In this document: positions 47,148-60,715 of the stretch, piece after piece
How positions within the stretch are numbered: position 1 is the first letter of the stretch
Layout of the letters: each line of letters begins with the position of its first letter
Assembly (NCBI GenBank): GCA_030390025.1
Contig: CM059432.1
Span: forward strand, 67,520,001 to 67,584,000
Source of the DNA: Squalus acanthias
Lineage: Eukaryota
Length of the DNA stretch: 64,000 bases
Reading direction: 5' to 3'
The notes under the pieces: model-generated
The model's input: the letters and a program-made list of their open reading frames with translations, nothing else
Database searches by the model: none
What the model was told of the DNA's origin: nothing
Made by a program: the position numbers and the translations under genes

Positions 47148-48328
47148 GCTATCAGCTCTGAAAATACATGGAAGGGGGGCAGACTAACATAAGTGCTGGG
47201 ATCCACCTGCCCGCAGCCTCTGCCACTGACTCTGTGGATGTGAGTAGGGTCATGGGGAGAAGCCGCATGTAGCGTGCCTATCATAGCTTGTGGGCACATT
47301 TGTGGCGCCTCTGCCAATGAGGCCAGAAATGCTAATTGAAGCTCGCTGGTCTTGGTGAAGATTGCCGGGTCTCACTAGGTGTACCTGTGCTGACCCTACA
47401 CCAGTCCTGACTGAGGACCAGGTTTCCAAAACTCCTGATTTAAGGAATCGCTGCCCCAGGCCCCGGATCTCTCATATGTTGATGGCCTAGTACGGGTGGG
47501 CAGAGGTTACACTTTCATAAGCCCATCCCAGAAACTTCACCCTGTGGCTGGAATCTGGTGTATCTGGGTCCTGGCTGAGTTTGCAGTTAATTAAAGGAAC
47601 TCCTGCCAAATTTACAGTGGGAGTCTGCCAGAACAGACTGGAACCATCTACTCTAATCCCAGTTCCTTGCCCTTTCTCTATATCCTTTTATATTCTTCCT
47701 ATTTATTTTCCCCATTTAGTTACTGGCCCCATCCTGATCTCCTTTGTCATCCAATTTCTCACTAACAGTCTTACGTTCGCTCCATATCCATAGAGGTTTA
47801 CAGCACAGAAGGAGGCCCTTCAGCCCATTGTGCCTGTGCCAGTTATTTGCTGGAGCAATCCAAAATTAATTCCACTGCCCTGCTCTCTCCCCATAGCCTT
47901 GTATCATTCTTGGATTCAAATATCTATCAATTTTCCCTTAAAAGAAGCAATGGTCGCTACCTCAATCATTCTAAGTAACAAGTCATTCCGTGCTCTAACA
48001 AAACTCTGTAAAGAACACTCTCCTAACCGCGCTCCTAACTCTCTTAGAGACATTTTTAAATTGATGACTCCCTCATCACAGATTTCCCAACCAAAGGAAA
48101 TAATCTTTTTTTAGTCACCCTGTAACTGGTTTAACACCAAAATAGCACTTCCATCTCCTGGTGTTAAACTGTGGAGAACAGTTCAATTGTCCTCTGTGAA
48201 CTTTCATTAAATATTCACATTGGGTTCCCAGCACCATTAGTGGCTCCTATAGGGAGTCCACCTGGGGGTGGTGGAGAAGCTAAAATTCAGTGCTGTTGCA
48301 GCAGGTGAAAGGGCTAAGATGGTCATTT

Positions 48329-50774
48329 GGGACTGGATTTTCTCAGCGGTGTCGAGATGGTGGCGGGAGAGCTGGTTGCCGGGTTCCGGTCCCGCTCCCG
48401 GCTGCAGCTGCACTGTCAAAGGGATTTTCCCTTGATTGGCCTTGATAAGCCTGCCCTGCGGGCTTCCCGGCCAATTAACAGGAAGCGGGTCTGATGACGT
48501 CATTTGATGACGCGTCATCAGCCAGTTTCCTTAAAGGGACCACGGCCACATTGAGTTTGACAGTTGTTCTGTCAGTGTTTGACAGCATTGAGGTGCTGCA
48601 AACACTGACAAGCTCTGCACATAGGTGGATGGTTGCACCCAGGATCTCCAATGACTCCCTCCATATGCTTATGGAGGGAGTCACAGCATGCAGAGGGATT
48701 CTCTTCCCTTCCAAGGGCGGAAGAGACCTCCCCAGGACACCAACGCAGCCTGGTGGCATATTGCACAGGAGGGCGAAAGCAGGGATGTCATCAGGGGTGC
48801 CTGGCTGCAGTGGCGCCAACCTTTCAATGATCTCAGTGGATCACCCTGCTGGGCCACTCAACACATCACTCTGCCTTCCCTACCCTTCTCCTGCACATCC
48901 TTACTCACACCAACTTACCTTGCACCTCCACCCATCCCGCTCTATCTACATTATCACTTCCCCATCTCACCAGCCACCACTCACACTCACCCTCATCCTA
49001 CTGCAAGCATACCAACTAACAACTCACAAGGTTAGGCACTTGAGAGGTTTAGCCAAAGTCCATGTGAAGTTTCTGGTAATGTGTTGTCATACAGTGAAAT
49101 CTATATTTTCAACACTGCGCCTTATTGGACAGATCTGTGCGCACCTTGAGAAGTGTCTTACTGAGTTCCAGTGAATGTTGAGACATAACTCCCCCCACCC
49201 CCCGCTATAGTGATGAGTGTGCATAGAATGGCTTGGACATTAAAGGGATGCTTTATGGTGCTGGTGTGGGATGGTGTCAACCTGGCGCATCACGTGGCAG
49301 CCAGGGTTTACGCGTCAAGTGAAGTAAATCTGGCCATGATAATGCTATCGCTGGCGAAGAAGGTTGGTGTTGTTGTTGGTGCTGCTGGTGTGCCTGCTGA
49401 TGTTGAAGTTGGGGCTGAGCATGGAAGGAATCGGAGGAGCAAGGTGAGATAGTTTCTAGGGCACCGATGTTGCTGCAACAGCTGGCAGCTGCAGGAGAGA
49501 TGACAGAAGCAATCTGTCAATGGTGAAAGAGGTTGTTCCAATGAGGTGGCACTGGACGTACAGTTGGCTCTAAACACTTGCAAGCTAAAGAAATCTCTAT
49601 AATGACTATCTCCAACAAGCGAGAGTCTAACCACTGCCCCTTGACATTCAATGGCATTACCATCGCCGAATCGCCCACCATCAACATCCTGGGGGTCACC
49701 ATTGACCAGAAACTTAACTGGACCAGCCACATAAATACTGTGGCAACAAGAGCAGGTCAGAGGCAAGGTATTCTGCGGCGAGTGTCTCACCTCCTGACTC
49801 CTCAAAGCTTTTCCACCATCTACAAGGCACAAGTAAGGAATGTGATGGAATATTCTCCACTTGCCTGGATGAGTGCAGCTCCAACAACACTCAAGAAGCT
49901 CGACACCATCCAGGACAAAGCAGCCGCTTGATTGGCACCCCATCCACCACCTTAAACATTCACTCCCTCCACCACCGGCGTACCATGGCTGCAGTGTGTA
50001 CCATCTACAAGATGCACTGCAGCAACTCGCCAAGGCTTCTTCGACAGCACCTCCCTAACCCGCGACCTCTTCCACCTAGAAGGACAAGGGCAGCAGGCAC
50101 ATGGGAACACCACCACCTCCAAGTTCCCCTCCGAGTCACACACCATCCTGACTTAGAAGTATATTGCCGATTCTTTATCGTCGCTGGGTCAAAATCCTGG
50201 AACTCCCTACCTAACAGCACTGTGGGAGTACCTTCACCACACGGACTGCAGCGGTTCAAGAAGGCGGCTCACCACCACCTTCTCAAGGGCAAATGGGAAT
50301 GATCAATAAATGCTGGCCTTGCCAGCGACGCCCACATCCCATAAATTAATTTAAAAAATTCTTACAAATGCAGTAACCAACAGTTTCTGCACTCTGAAAC
50401 TGACCATCTGCAACATGGCATCCTTTACACCACTATTGCAGCTGTCAGCTTATCAGATACATCAGAGCAGACTCAACTCATGCCAGGGTGAGCTGGCGTG
50501 TTCCCCGAACAGCAGGTAACCCGTGGGGGAGCACGTAAAATTGGAAGGTAGCCTCAAAATTCTATTAAATTGGCTCTTAACCAGCCATTTAATGAGCTCA
50601 ATTATCTCCCCCGCCGCTTGGTGTCGGGTCAGTTCTCCGCTGACAGACCCGACACCTGGGAGACTCGCGTGGAGGTGGTTTGACAGCGGGTTTCCTACCC
50701 GCTGTCAATCTTTGCTATTTTGACAGCAGACCCGTCTCCAAACCCGCCCTCTGAACGCTGGCAAAATCCAGCCC
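48329..50774 (-). mobile_element. Non-autonomous Harbinger derivative (Myb exon 1 on +, deleted transposase on -), hosting a LINE B insertion
   Basis: GGGACTGGATTTT...AAAATCCAGCCC, flanked by TTT/TTT; 'APRISNDSLHMLMEGV..LFP' and 'AAWWHIAQE..LQWRQPFNDL'; homologous to 60716-62408. Confidence 0.8.
49601..50358 (+). mobile_element. LINE family B 3' fragment
   Basis: 'ILGVTIDQKLNWTSHINTV..YKAQVRNVMEYSPLAW'; family B 3' tail. Confidence 0.9.
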
Positions 50775-50791
50775 TTTGTGTCTGTAATAAT

Positions 50792-52173
50792 GAGGGGAAT
50801 TTTAACATGGTGGAGCGGGTGGGTTTGGGTGCGGGTGGGAAGTTAAATCCGGGGAAAATTACAGTGCGTTGGGGAGCTGGGTACAAACCACCGACTTCCG
50901 GGTTTCACTCCAGCGCTTCAGGCTATGTGCGTGCAACCTCCTCAGGTGAGGCAGGTTGGCAATTAACATATGTTAATCGCTCAATTGGAGCGCTATTTAC
51001 ACACACTTTCAAGTTTAACTTCGGGTCCATGGATTTCCTGTGTATCCTGAATGTCACCAGTGAAGGCAAGGTGAGATCACAGCAGCAATTGAGTGTTTTG
51101 GAGCCCGTGAAGGCCCTGCCAAAGACTGCTCCACCTGCACCTGGGCCATCGGGAGACGAGGCAGCATGTGGGCTACTGACTGAGGTGGGGGCGGGGGGGT
51201 GCGGCAATGGGTGAGATGTGGAAACACTTTGGGTGGAGTCTCCACTTCCATGTCCCCTTTCGCCATCATCCCTCTCATGGCCCAGCCGCACATCTTCACT
51301 GCTACCAATGTGATTGTGATCACTTTGGTGCAGATCAGGGCGGCCAAGGCTAAGGTATCTGTCATCCTATTTAAGGTGGCAGACATGTTGACATCCAGAG
51401 TTTGCATGGCTGTGGTCAAGGCATGCAAGGACTCATTTGATTGGAGTGTTTGAAGTTCCATGGAGTTGGCCACTCTATCCATGCAAGCAGACATCATTGC
51501 AATGCCCTGCGACATCAACCCAATCATGCTTGAGGCGGACTCCTCCATTCTCTCTGCAATCATGGTCGGTGTGCTTAGAAAGCCTGTCACTGCATCACAC
51601 ATTACCTGCTGCTGCTCAATGATTCTCCTTTTCATCGACGGCCCCTGGGGTCCAGTTGAGCAGAAATTGAGATCATTGAAAGGTTTGCGCCACTGCAGCC
51701 TTGTCCTCCTGACAACATCCCTGCTTCTGCCCTCCTGTGCAATGTGCAACCAAGCTGTGTTGGTCTCCTGGAGAGGTGTCTTCCGCCCATTGGAAGGGAA
51801 GAGAACCTTCCTGCATGCTGTGACTCCCTCTATAAGCATATGGAGGGAGTCATGGGAGAGCCTGGGTGTAGCCGTGCACCTCTGTGCAGTGCTTGTAAGT
51901 TTTTGCAGCACCTCAATGCTGTAGAACACTGACAGCACAAATGTCAAAATCAATTTGCGCATGGTCCCTTTAAGGAAACCGGCTGTTGACGTGTCATCAA
52001 GTGACGTCATCAGACCCGCTTCCTTCAATTGTCTGGCAAACGCGCTGGGCAGGCTTAACAAGCCCAATCAATGTAAAATCACTTTGGACAGCGGGCTGGA
52101 GCCAGCAGCGAGGTCACAACCCACCACCGACCCCAGCCACATCAGACCCGCCGAGGTAGGTGAAATGGCAGCC
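50792..52173 (-). mobile_element. Myb-only Harbinger derivative with a 337-codon open frame (51054-52067)
   Basis: Flanked by AAT (50789-50791, 52174-52176); right ~350 bp homologous to the Myb end of the 48329 element; Myb domain fused in frame to coiled-coil 'IAERMEESASSM' region. Confidence 0.7.
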
Positions 52174-52223
52174 AATGTGTCTGAAGCTGGTGATTCTTCA
52201 GGGCACCGAGCCACAAAGTTTTG

Positions 52224-52971
52224 GGGGGAGAAATTCATTATAGCCCCGTTTGAGACGCTAAATTTTAAAAGTTAGGAAAATTAGCGCCAGGCGCTAATGT
52301 TTCCCAACTTTAAAAAAATTCGGTTTTGCGCTCCAAGAAGGAAGTGGAGGGCTACAAGCACTCCACTTCCTTCTTGGAGCGCAATCGGCAGCAGGCGGGG
52401 CTGAGGCTTCAGGAGCACTGCACACTGGGCTGTGCATCGCTGCCATGTTCAAAGGCTCCTTCCCTCCCTTAAAGGGAAGGGCCATCGCTGCAGGCTCTGC
52501 AATAGAAAAATTACCTACCTGGGCCACCAAGTCAGTCGTGATCCAGCACGATCAGCCCGGCACTCAAGCAGTGTGCCGGGCTGATCGATCGCGAGCAAAA
52601 ACCCGCGAAAAAAGGTGGTACAAGATAGTTAAGTTCTTTTTACTTACCTCGGCCACCTCGCCTTTAAACATCGCCCCCCCCCGAAGCGGCCGGCCGCCCG
52701 ATGCACGCCTCCTGCAGCTGTCGGTGTCTTAACCCGGCGCCGCTGCAGGGGGTGGAAGTCAATTTCGGGTCCGGGGTGCTACCGGGGCGATGTTACCGGC
52801 GATTATGTCACAATCTCTGGGCGAAGGAGATCAGGGCACAACGCCGTAGCGCCGCCGCAAAACTCCCACCGAATATGGCATGAGTCGATAGCAGCGCTGC
52901 GCCCGGTCGCAAATCCATTTGCTCCCCGTTAGCGCCCCCCGGGAGGCGCAAATGCACCCAATTTCGCCCCC
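52224..52971 (+). mobile_element. GC-rich Harbinger-type MITE (family M relative) inserted in an older Myb remnant
   Basis: GGGGGAGAAATT / AATTTCGCCCCC; TTAGCGCC motifs; flanks read 'HRATKF|..DSSAEMLL..WKEIALAMS..TQCQR' (Myb-like, to ~53172); no clean TSD. Confidence 0.72.
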
Positions 52972-55710
52972 AAAGACTCTTCAGCTGAGATGTTACTGTC
53001 CATAATCTGGGAAAAGAGGGCCCAGCCTTTTGCCTCAAAAGGAAGGAAGCCCACAAACGGCATAATCCAAGCCTCATGGAAGGAGATTGCTTTGGCAATG
53101 AGTGCCACCTCCAGTAGCCCCTACCTGGCTACGCAATGCCAGAGGTTAACTGAATTCTCCAGGGAACCCAAGGTAACGGGAAGCAGTCATAACTTTTAAC
53201 AGTGCACTGTAATAAGCACCTTTGCCAGTAACAAGGACTGCATTAAACACCATCTGCAACTTACCAGCTTCTTGTAGGAATTACCACAATGCTCTTCACA
53301 CCTTCTTCCTTTTCCTGAAAATAGTCCTTGACTCACAGTTGAAAACACCCATTAAGGAATACCTTCTGAAAGCTGGATTGCATTCTATATGATGGCATGC
53401 AGATAAACACATGAGGGAGAAAGGAATAGATGCTTATGCTGATAGGGTTATGAAGTGGGGTGGGAGGAGGCTTGTGTGGAACATAAGCACCGGTATGGAT
53501 CAGTTGGGCCGAATGGCCTCTTTCTGTGCTGTAAATTCTATGTAATTCTATGTAAGCTTCATATACTCTTTTTTTTGTAAAGGGGAAACAGCCCACAACC
53601 AAATACAGGGAATTCCACCTCAATCCTCCAAAGACTCCTGCTGCAAATTATCAAGTAGGATGTTAAGATTGAAAGGGCACAGAGCAGTAGGCACCAAGGG
53701 GAGGGATGGTGATTTAAGACAGCAGGGAGGTTGTCAGATTTGTTTTCAGAGAAATGTCTATCTCAAGAAAATGGGAAATGCTGAGAAAGTGAGGGAATGC
53801 CTGTGAGAAGGAGTAGCAGATATTTTCCAAATGAGTGGAAGGAGAGCTACATATCAAAGAGGATGATATGCCAAAGCGAGATAATGATAGCAGGATTCAT
53901 TTAACATACAGCTCCTGCAACTAGGAATAATGCAATGCATGTCTTTTGGAGCTAGCTCCAGATCATTCTGGCTTACAAGGAGTCTGTGCCTATGGCCTAC
54001 CCAACACCGCTCTCAAATGAGTGTTCCTTTCAGGAATCAGGACAGGGGCAGTCGAGGAGGGAAGTGGTCTATCCAGCAAACCACACCTCTCGCCATCATT
54101 TGCATGTGGTAAGGTGAACAAGTGGTGGGCATTGCGCTCCTCTCCCATTGAGACGGAGGACAATTATGCCAGCAGTTATTGGGGCGTAAGACAACACATT
54201 GATGCGGGGAAGTATGATGCGTTCTTTATTTTGTAATCCAATGGATGAGCGAGGTAGATTTATAGTACTCCAGGTCCCTACTGATGATGGACTATTCTCT
54301 TTGCAGAGGGAGGGGGCGGTAGTGGGGAATCTTTGAGGTCAGGTGACTCCAAAATAACACATCTTATGATGGAAATTCAGAACCAAGTCAGTTGTCTGCA
54401 GCAGGCTCAGTAATCTGAGACATGAACCAGGTGGGTCCACAGTAATACTGGGCAGTACGAATGATAGACCAATAAGCCTGACTCCCTGTTGAAACCTGGT
54501 AGACCTGTCACTAGGGGCCAGGTTTCTTCCTGCTCATTACTAGATAACCCTGAAAGTCAATGTGCCAATGGATAAGTTATATTCAGCTCGGCAAGCATAG
54601 CAATGCTCTGTAATGGTAAGCTGCACAATTTTAGCTGATTAAACTCCAGTAGTACCTCTGTGCACACTTGAGAGTTCCTAAGATTTTACTTTCCCAACCT
54701 GCACCTAAACTCTCTGGACTTGGGTAACCGGGGTGCATCCCTGTGGAGAGAGAGTATGTACTCCATATTGGGCAAATAGGAAACCTACAGGTGGGGGTAG
54801 ATCTCCAAGTAGCTTCATTTGGAGATTCTTAAACATAGTGATTGAGTTCTGGGTCTGTCAAACACCTAGCATATAAAAAGAAAATTGATGCTTGACCAGT
54901 AAAATGTTACTCCATACGTTATTTTAGGGGCGATCAGTCTTTCTAGTGTCTGGAATTCTGAATGTTTGACACCTTTTATTTGAATAGAAGAAGTTTTATA
55001 TATTTTAGTGCAGAATGATGCTGTAAAGGGTCAATGTGAATGGAAGTGCACTGCTAATGGAGTTTTAGTTTTGGACTATCGGGCAGCATTTGGAGAGCAA
55101 ACTGCAGACTACAGCATGAAATTGCCCGTGCATTTTTGAATTATTAAAGGTCAACAACCATATTCAGAATGAGAATTGTGTAAAAAGCATTTAACTGGGT
55201 TAGCTGGTGCATGAAGTAAGCTTTTGTCCTTAATACCGAGACATTCAGTCCAATTTCATTTGTCTATGGGTTCAGTGACTATTGCATTTCTATGACGCTT
55301 AAGAATCAGCAGTTAACTCCCCTGATAGCTAAGGGAGTTCATTCCGTGAAAAGCTGAGCCATACAGAATAGGAAAGCCTCAGGTTTGAGTCGAGTACATG
55401 CCGAGTTAGTTGATGTCAGCTAGGACAATGATAGATGCACTAAAATTGGTGTCAGTTCACTTGAGTTGGAGGGGAGAATTGTCCATGGTTCGCATTCTTG
55501 ATTGCTATTCAGCAACCCCTGCTGGAAGGCTGTGTATGTGGAAGTCAGGTGAGGAAAGATCGGACTTAGCTGTGATTGCTCTTCCCCCACTTCCAGACTA
55601 ACCTAACTGTGAATGCTAACACATGAATAATGACCACTTGGGCGAGGTTCTGAAGGGTGCTCAGTGGCCATAGTAGTTTACCCCAGCATGGAGTCAGTAC
55701 CTTCAGAAGA

Positions 55711-57316
55711 AAACATAAGAACATAAGAAATAGGAGCAGGAGTAGGCCATTTGGCCCCTGGAGCCTGCTCCACCATTCAATAAGATCATGGCTGATCTGA
55801 TCTTGGCCTCAACTCCACTTTCCTGCCCGCTCCCCATAACCCTTGATTCCCCTGTTTTTCAAAAATCTGTCTATCTCCGCCTTGAATATAATCAATCACT
55901 CAGCCTCCACAACTCTCTGGGCTAGAGAATTCGAAAGATTCACGACCCTCTGAGTGAAGAAATTCCTCCTCATCTCAGTTTTAAATGAGCGACGCCTTAT
56001 TCTGAATCTATGCCCCCTAGTTCTAGATTCCCCCACGAGGGGAAACATCCTCTCAGCATCTACCCTGTCAAGCCCCCTCAGAATCTTATATGTTTCAATA
56101 AGATCACCTCTCATTCTGCTAAACTCCAATGAGTATAGGCCCAACCTGCTCAACCTTTCCTCATAAGATAACCCCTTCATCTCAGAAATTAACCTAGTGA
56201 ACCTTCTCTGAACTGCCTCCAATGCAAGTATATCCCTCCCTAAATAAGGAGACCAAAACTGTATGCAGTAGTCCAGGTGTGGTCTCACCAACGCCCTGTA
56301 CACTTGTAGCAAGACTTGCCTACTTTTATACTCCAACCCCCTTGCAATAAATGCTAACATTCCATTAGCCTCCCTAAATACTTGTTGTACCTGCATGCTA
56401 ACTTTTTGTGTTTCATGTACGAGGACACCCAGATCCCTCTGCACCACAGCATTCTGTAGTCTCTCTCCATTTAAATAATATTTTGCTTTTTTATTCTTCC
56501 TACCAAAGTGGATAACCTCACATTTTCCCACATTATACTCCATCTGCCAAATTTTTGCCCACTCACTTAACCTATCTATATCCCTTTGCAGACTCTTTGT
56601 GTCCTCCTCACAACTTGCTTTCCCACCTATCTTTGTATCGTCAGTAAATTTGGCAACAGTACACTCGGTACCTTTATCCAAGTCATTAATATAGATTGTA
56701 AATAGTTGAGACCCCAGCACTGATCCCTGTGGCACCCCACTAGTTTCAGTTTGCCAACCTGAAAAAGATCTGTTTATCCCAACTCTCTGTTTTCTGTTAG
56801 TTAGCCAATCCTCTATCCATGCTAATATACTACCTCCAACTCCATGAGCTCTTACCTTGTGCAGTAACCTTTTATGTGGTACCTTATTGAATGCCTTCTG
56901 GTAATCCAAATACACTACATCTACTGGTTCCCCTTTATCCACTCTGCTCATTACATCCTCAAAGAAACACGATTTCCCTTTCATAAAACCATGTTGACTC
57001 TGCTTGATTGTATTATGGTTTTCTAAATGTACTGCTACTACTTCCTTAATAATGGATTCCAGCATTTTCCCAATGACAGATGTTAGGCTAACTGGCCTAC
57101 AGTTTCCTGCTTTCTGTCTCCCTCCTTTCATGAATAGGAGCATTACATTTGCGGTTTTCCAATCTGCTGGGACCTTTCCAGAATCCAGGGAATTTTGGTA
57201 GATTACAACCAATGCATCCACTATCTCTGCAGCCACTGCTTTTAAGACCCTAGGATGCAGGCCATCAGGTCCAGGAGACTTGTCAGCCTTTAGTCCCATT
57301 AGTTTGCCAAGTACTT
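55711..57316 (-). mobile_element. 5'-truncated CR1 with uninterrupted RT-to-C-terminus frame (part of ORF 55896-57473)
   Basis: 'KSPGPDGLHPRVLK', 'YLDYQKAF', 'GVPQGSVLG', 'KFTDDTKIGG'; CATAAGAA tandem tail near 55711. Confidence 0.93.
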
Positions 57317-57829
57317 GAGAGGTACATGAGAGAAGTACCAAGTACATGAGAGAAAGAGAACTGGAGAAGGAAATTGGCACCGAGAAAAATATAATCAAAG
57401 TTAAATAGTTTCTATGGGCGGACAGCACAGGACATTGATGGCAATGGACGGAGGCGGGAAAATTGGACACCAACTCTCATAAAACAGATTTTTCAATGGC
57501 CAATTTTGGAAACAACAATGAGGCCACACTGTTGACGTGTGCAGGCTTCATTTCAATATTAAAATGAGCTTAAAAAGGTGTCACTCCAAAATGCTGACTT
57601 CAGACATGCCTCCACCCACAAGAAGTATCTCGTCCATATACACTGGGCACATGAGAGACCCGGGACTTGGCCTGCTCAAGCAAGCTTCTTAAAAGGAGGT
57701 GACAATTTTCTTTGTTAGTGAAATGTTTCTTTTGTAATTTTGGTTGTTTCTTTTTCCTGTCGGTGTGTTTCATTATTCTTGGTTGCTGCTGCCATTTAAA
57801 TCTTACTGTACAAAGTGATGAGGATGGGT

Positions 57830-59750
57830 ATTCCTTTGGCAGAACTAAACATGCTGCATGATTTAGATAAGCTCACGATGGGCCAAAAAATGCAGGTGCA
57901 ATGGCAGCTGAGGTTTTTATTTTGCAATCATCACCAAGCTGGTATCCATGTTTAGAGATCCCTCCTCGTCAACCTGAACGTGTTAGGGAAGACCTGTTTT
58001 TGCTTAAGGCAATATCTGGATCAGGAACAATTCTTCCAGTGGAAGGGAAGATTACCACAGCATAAAGTTTTCATGCCACTACATCCTTCCAATCCACCAC
58101 ATGGGACAAATCCCAACTCAGGCAGGTTGCAGTACAAAGCTGTCGCAAGCAACTGACATTCACTATGGGCCATAATGTGCTGTGGCAGGGCATCTAACGG
58201 CGTCTGCCATTAGTTAGACATGCCCATGCACATTTAGATTTTTAAATTTTTTGTATGGCAAGTTGCTGAAGGTGCGAGCTGATAACGTCGCAGCGAGGGA
58301 AACAGGGCATCTGGGACCTGAGTGAATTGGTCAAGCAACTATGTATCTCCTTAACCAATCAGATTGAAGAATTGTGTAATTAACAGCACAAGGACTGAGA
58401 ACGAAGTTTAAATTAGATGGGTGAATTCAGTCAAATCAGGTACAGAAAGAGAAATAAAGAGAGGGAAAGAAAGGTTGGATTAAGAGAGAGAGAAAAGGGA
58501 CAGAAAGGAAAAGCAAAAAAAATTACATTTTTAATTTATGTTTTTAAAATTTCCAACAACAATTCAAACCTGAAGGAATAAGACTCCACACTTGTAATAG
58601 TTAATTTTCAGTGCCAGAGAGGTTGACTGGCAATAATTAACACTTATCATGTCGTTAAAAGGGTACTTAGAATGAAATGGACAAAACTTAACTTTCTGTC
58701 GTGAGTTTAGTTCACATATATTGCTCAAATACAGCAATTTCACGCATTCAATGCACTTCAATGGTGAGGTAGACAATGACATGCTGTTTTCTTGAAGCTA
58801 ATGGCGGAGTGGCCCAATGCAGACAGCAACCTTTGGATATTTGTGTTTAACCGCACATCTGTCCCTCGCCTGAAGCTGCTGTACCATTTACGCATAAATA
58901 ATGGCAATCCTTATTAGCCTCACTGTTATTTTGACAGCAAATTATGGCCCATTGTTTGCAAAAGACAACACCTTTCCGTGGGAGGAAAACATTACCTGCA
59001 CAGGACATACAATTTTCACTTTGCTGCCAAGTTCCCAAGTTCCCTCGAGTGCAGGGTGCTATACCTTGAATCCATATGGGCATCAATGCTCTTCATATAC
59101 ACCCATGATAGACATTAACAGAAAAGTTCACACTCAATTACTATTCAGGTGGTATGTGATCACAGTAACATGACTATGCATTTTAGTAACTTTTATCTAA
59201 AATCAGCTGCAATGATTTCATTGCACGGCTGTCCATGTTACCCGGATTATTAGAATGAGAAGAAATAGTGGATAGGTGACGATTAGGAAAACAGGGCTAT
59301 CTGTCCTCTGTTCACCCTGCTAAGAAATTCCCTAACAGCAACAGAACCCTCTCAACCTGGACAACTCAGCACTTCTTTGCTATTCATTGGCTGTTATCTC
59401 CACCATCAGGAAAATATATAACGCATCTTTAGGACAATGGAAATGTGTGCAAAAGTGTGATGGTTGTGTACAGTGCTTCAAATGGTACCGGCTAGAGATG
59501 CGGGGAGTTTCAAATTGAATTTTGTGTCAAAATTGATGGGCCTCGCAAAAAAGGTGCTTAAAATTAGGGAATGGAATTAACTTTGTTTTTCTTGACCTAT
59601 GTGATTTTATTGACCTCCTTACTTTCAGCTTGTGCTTTTACTAGCGTAGCTTTCAGCCCCAAATAGGACCACTTCCAATGGTGCTCCTTCTCCAGCAGGA
59701 CTTCCAACAGCTCAGCATCAAAAGTATCAGAGCTGCCCACATGTTCTGTA
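57830..59750. mobile_element. Ancient Harbinger fossil (transposase on +), split by MITE 58167-58950
   Basis: 'LPVEGKITTA*SFHATTSFQ..SCRKQLT' then, after the MITE, 'LFAKDNTF..VQGAI..INRK..IQVVCDH'; weak Myb-like trace on - at ~59650-59745; ends approximate. Confidence 0.55.
58167..58950. mobile_element. AT-rich Harbinger-type MITE
   Basis: 16-bp TIR GGGCCATAATGTGCTG / CAGCAAATTATGGCCC; flanks TAT / ATT (TSD imperfect). Confidence 0.75.
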
Positions 59751-59934
59751 ACTAAGGGCAATTAGTTAGCTTTTCTGTCATTAACATCTTTAATTGTGAA
59801 CTGCAGCCCAGATTTTCTGCACCACAACTATGTATGATGCAGCCCAAGTACTCTCAGTGAGCTTTTCAGGAGCTATCTTATTCAAATTAGGGTGATTTAC
59901 TGTAGTCATCTGACATTGTACGCTACACATTGTT

Positions 59935-60095
59935 CTCTGTCTATATATGCTTTGCTGATTTGTATTCCTTCACTTTACCTGATGAAGGAGCAGCGCTCCG
60001 AAAGCTCGTGATTTCAAATAAAACTGTTGGACTATAACCTGGTGTTGTGCGACTTCTCATTTTTGTCCACCCCAGTCCAACACCGGCATCTCCAC
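59935..60095 (+). mobile_element. pLTR fragment of a second Penelope family with hammerhead core
   Basis: CTGATGA (59979-59985), GGAGC-AGC-GCTCC stem, GAAAGCT, followed by AATAAA. Confidence 0.65.
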
Positions 60096-60715
60096 GAATT
60101 AGGGTGAGATAGACTCCCATCAGCGACATCCACCTCTGAACTGCCAGCTCAGGCAAGCCAGCTCAAACCCATTTTTGCCAGACTTGGAAAATTGGGGCTG
60201 TTTGTGATATTAGCATACAAACGCTTAACATATTTGTATGAAATTCTTCCGTGTGCATTTTAGTTCAGGGAGTAACTCATTTAAAATAAATGGGCAAACA
60301 CTTCCGTTAAAATATCAGACAGAGGAATATTATGATTGTATTAAGCATTTGTATATCAATATTGCTATTAGTAATTTCAAGACTGCAGTTTTTCAGACAA
60401 ATAAATACTGAATGAAAATCTATTCTGATGCAATTATGCTCTTCAGAGGATGGATATATTTTTTCTAATGTTTATTGGCCTTAAAATAACAAAGATTTTA
60501 AGCTTCCTTCAGCCAGGCAAATCAAATTTAGAATGCTGGACTGTGCATCACTGCAGGGAAGTATGTGATTTACAAATTTGTGTGCCTTTAGTTTCAGTTG
60601 CCTCCACGAGAGATGTAACATGTGGTTCTAGGTACGTCTGGAGGGCTGTCCAAAAAAATAGTGAAAGATAGTGGCCCTGAAAATCCTCGGGCCTTTGATC
60701 CTAGTGTAAGTCTTA

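Noticed and set aside
52164..52220. ATG at ~52164 as the true start of the downstream Myb remnant
   Set aside because: It overlaps the terminal repeat of the 50792-52173 element, so it is probably coincidental
57317..57473. N-terminal extension of the 525-aa ORF as a chimeric RT gene
   Set aside because: Flanking sequence that happens to be open upstream of a 5'-truncated CR1
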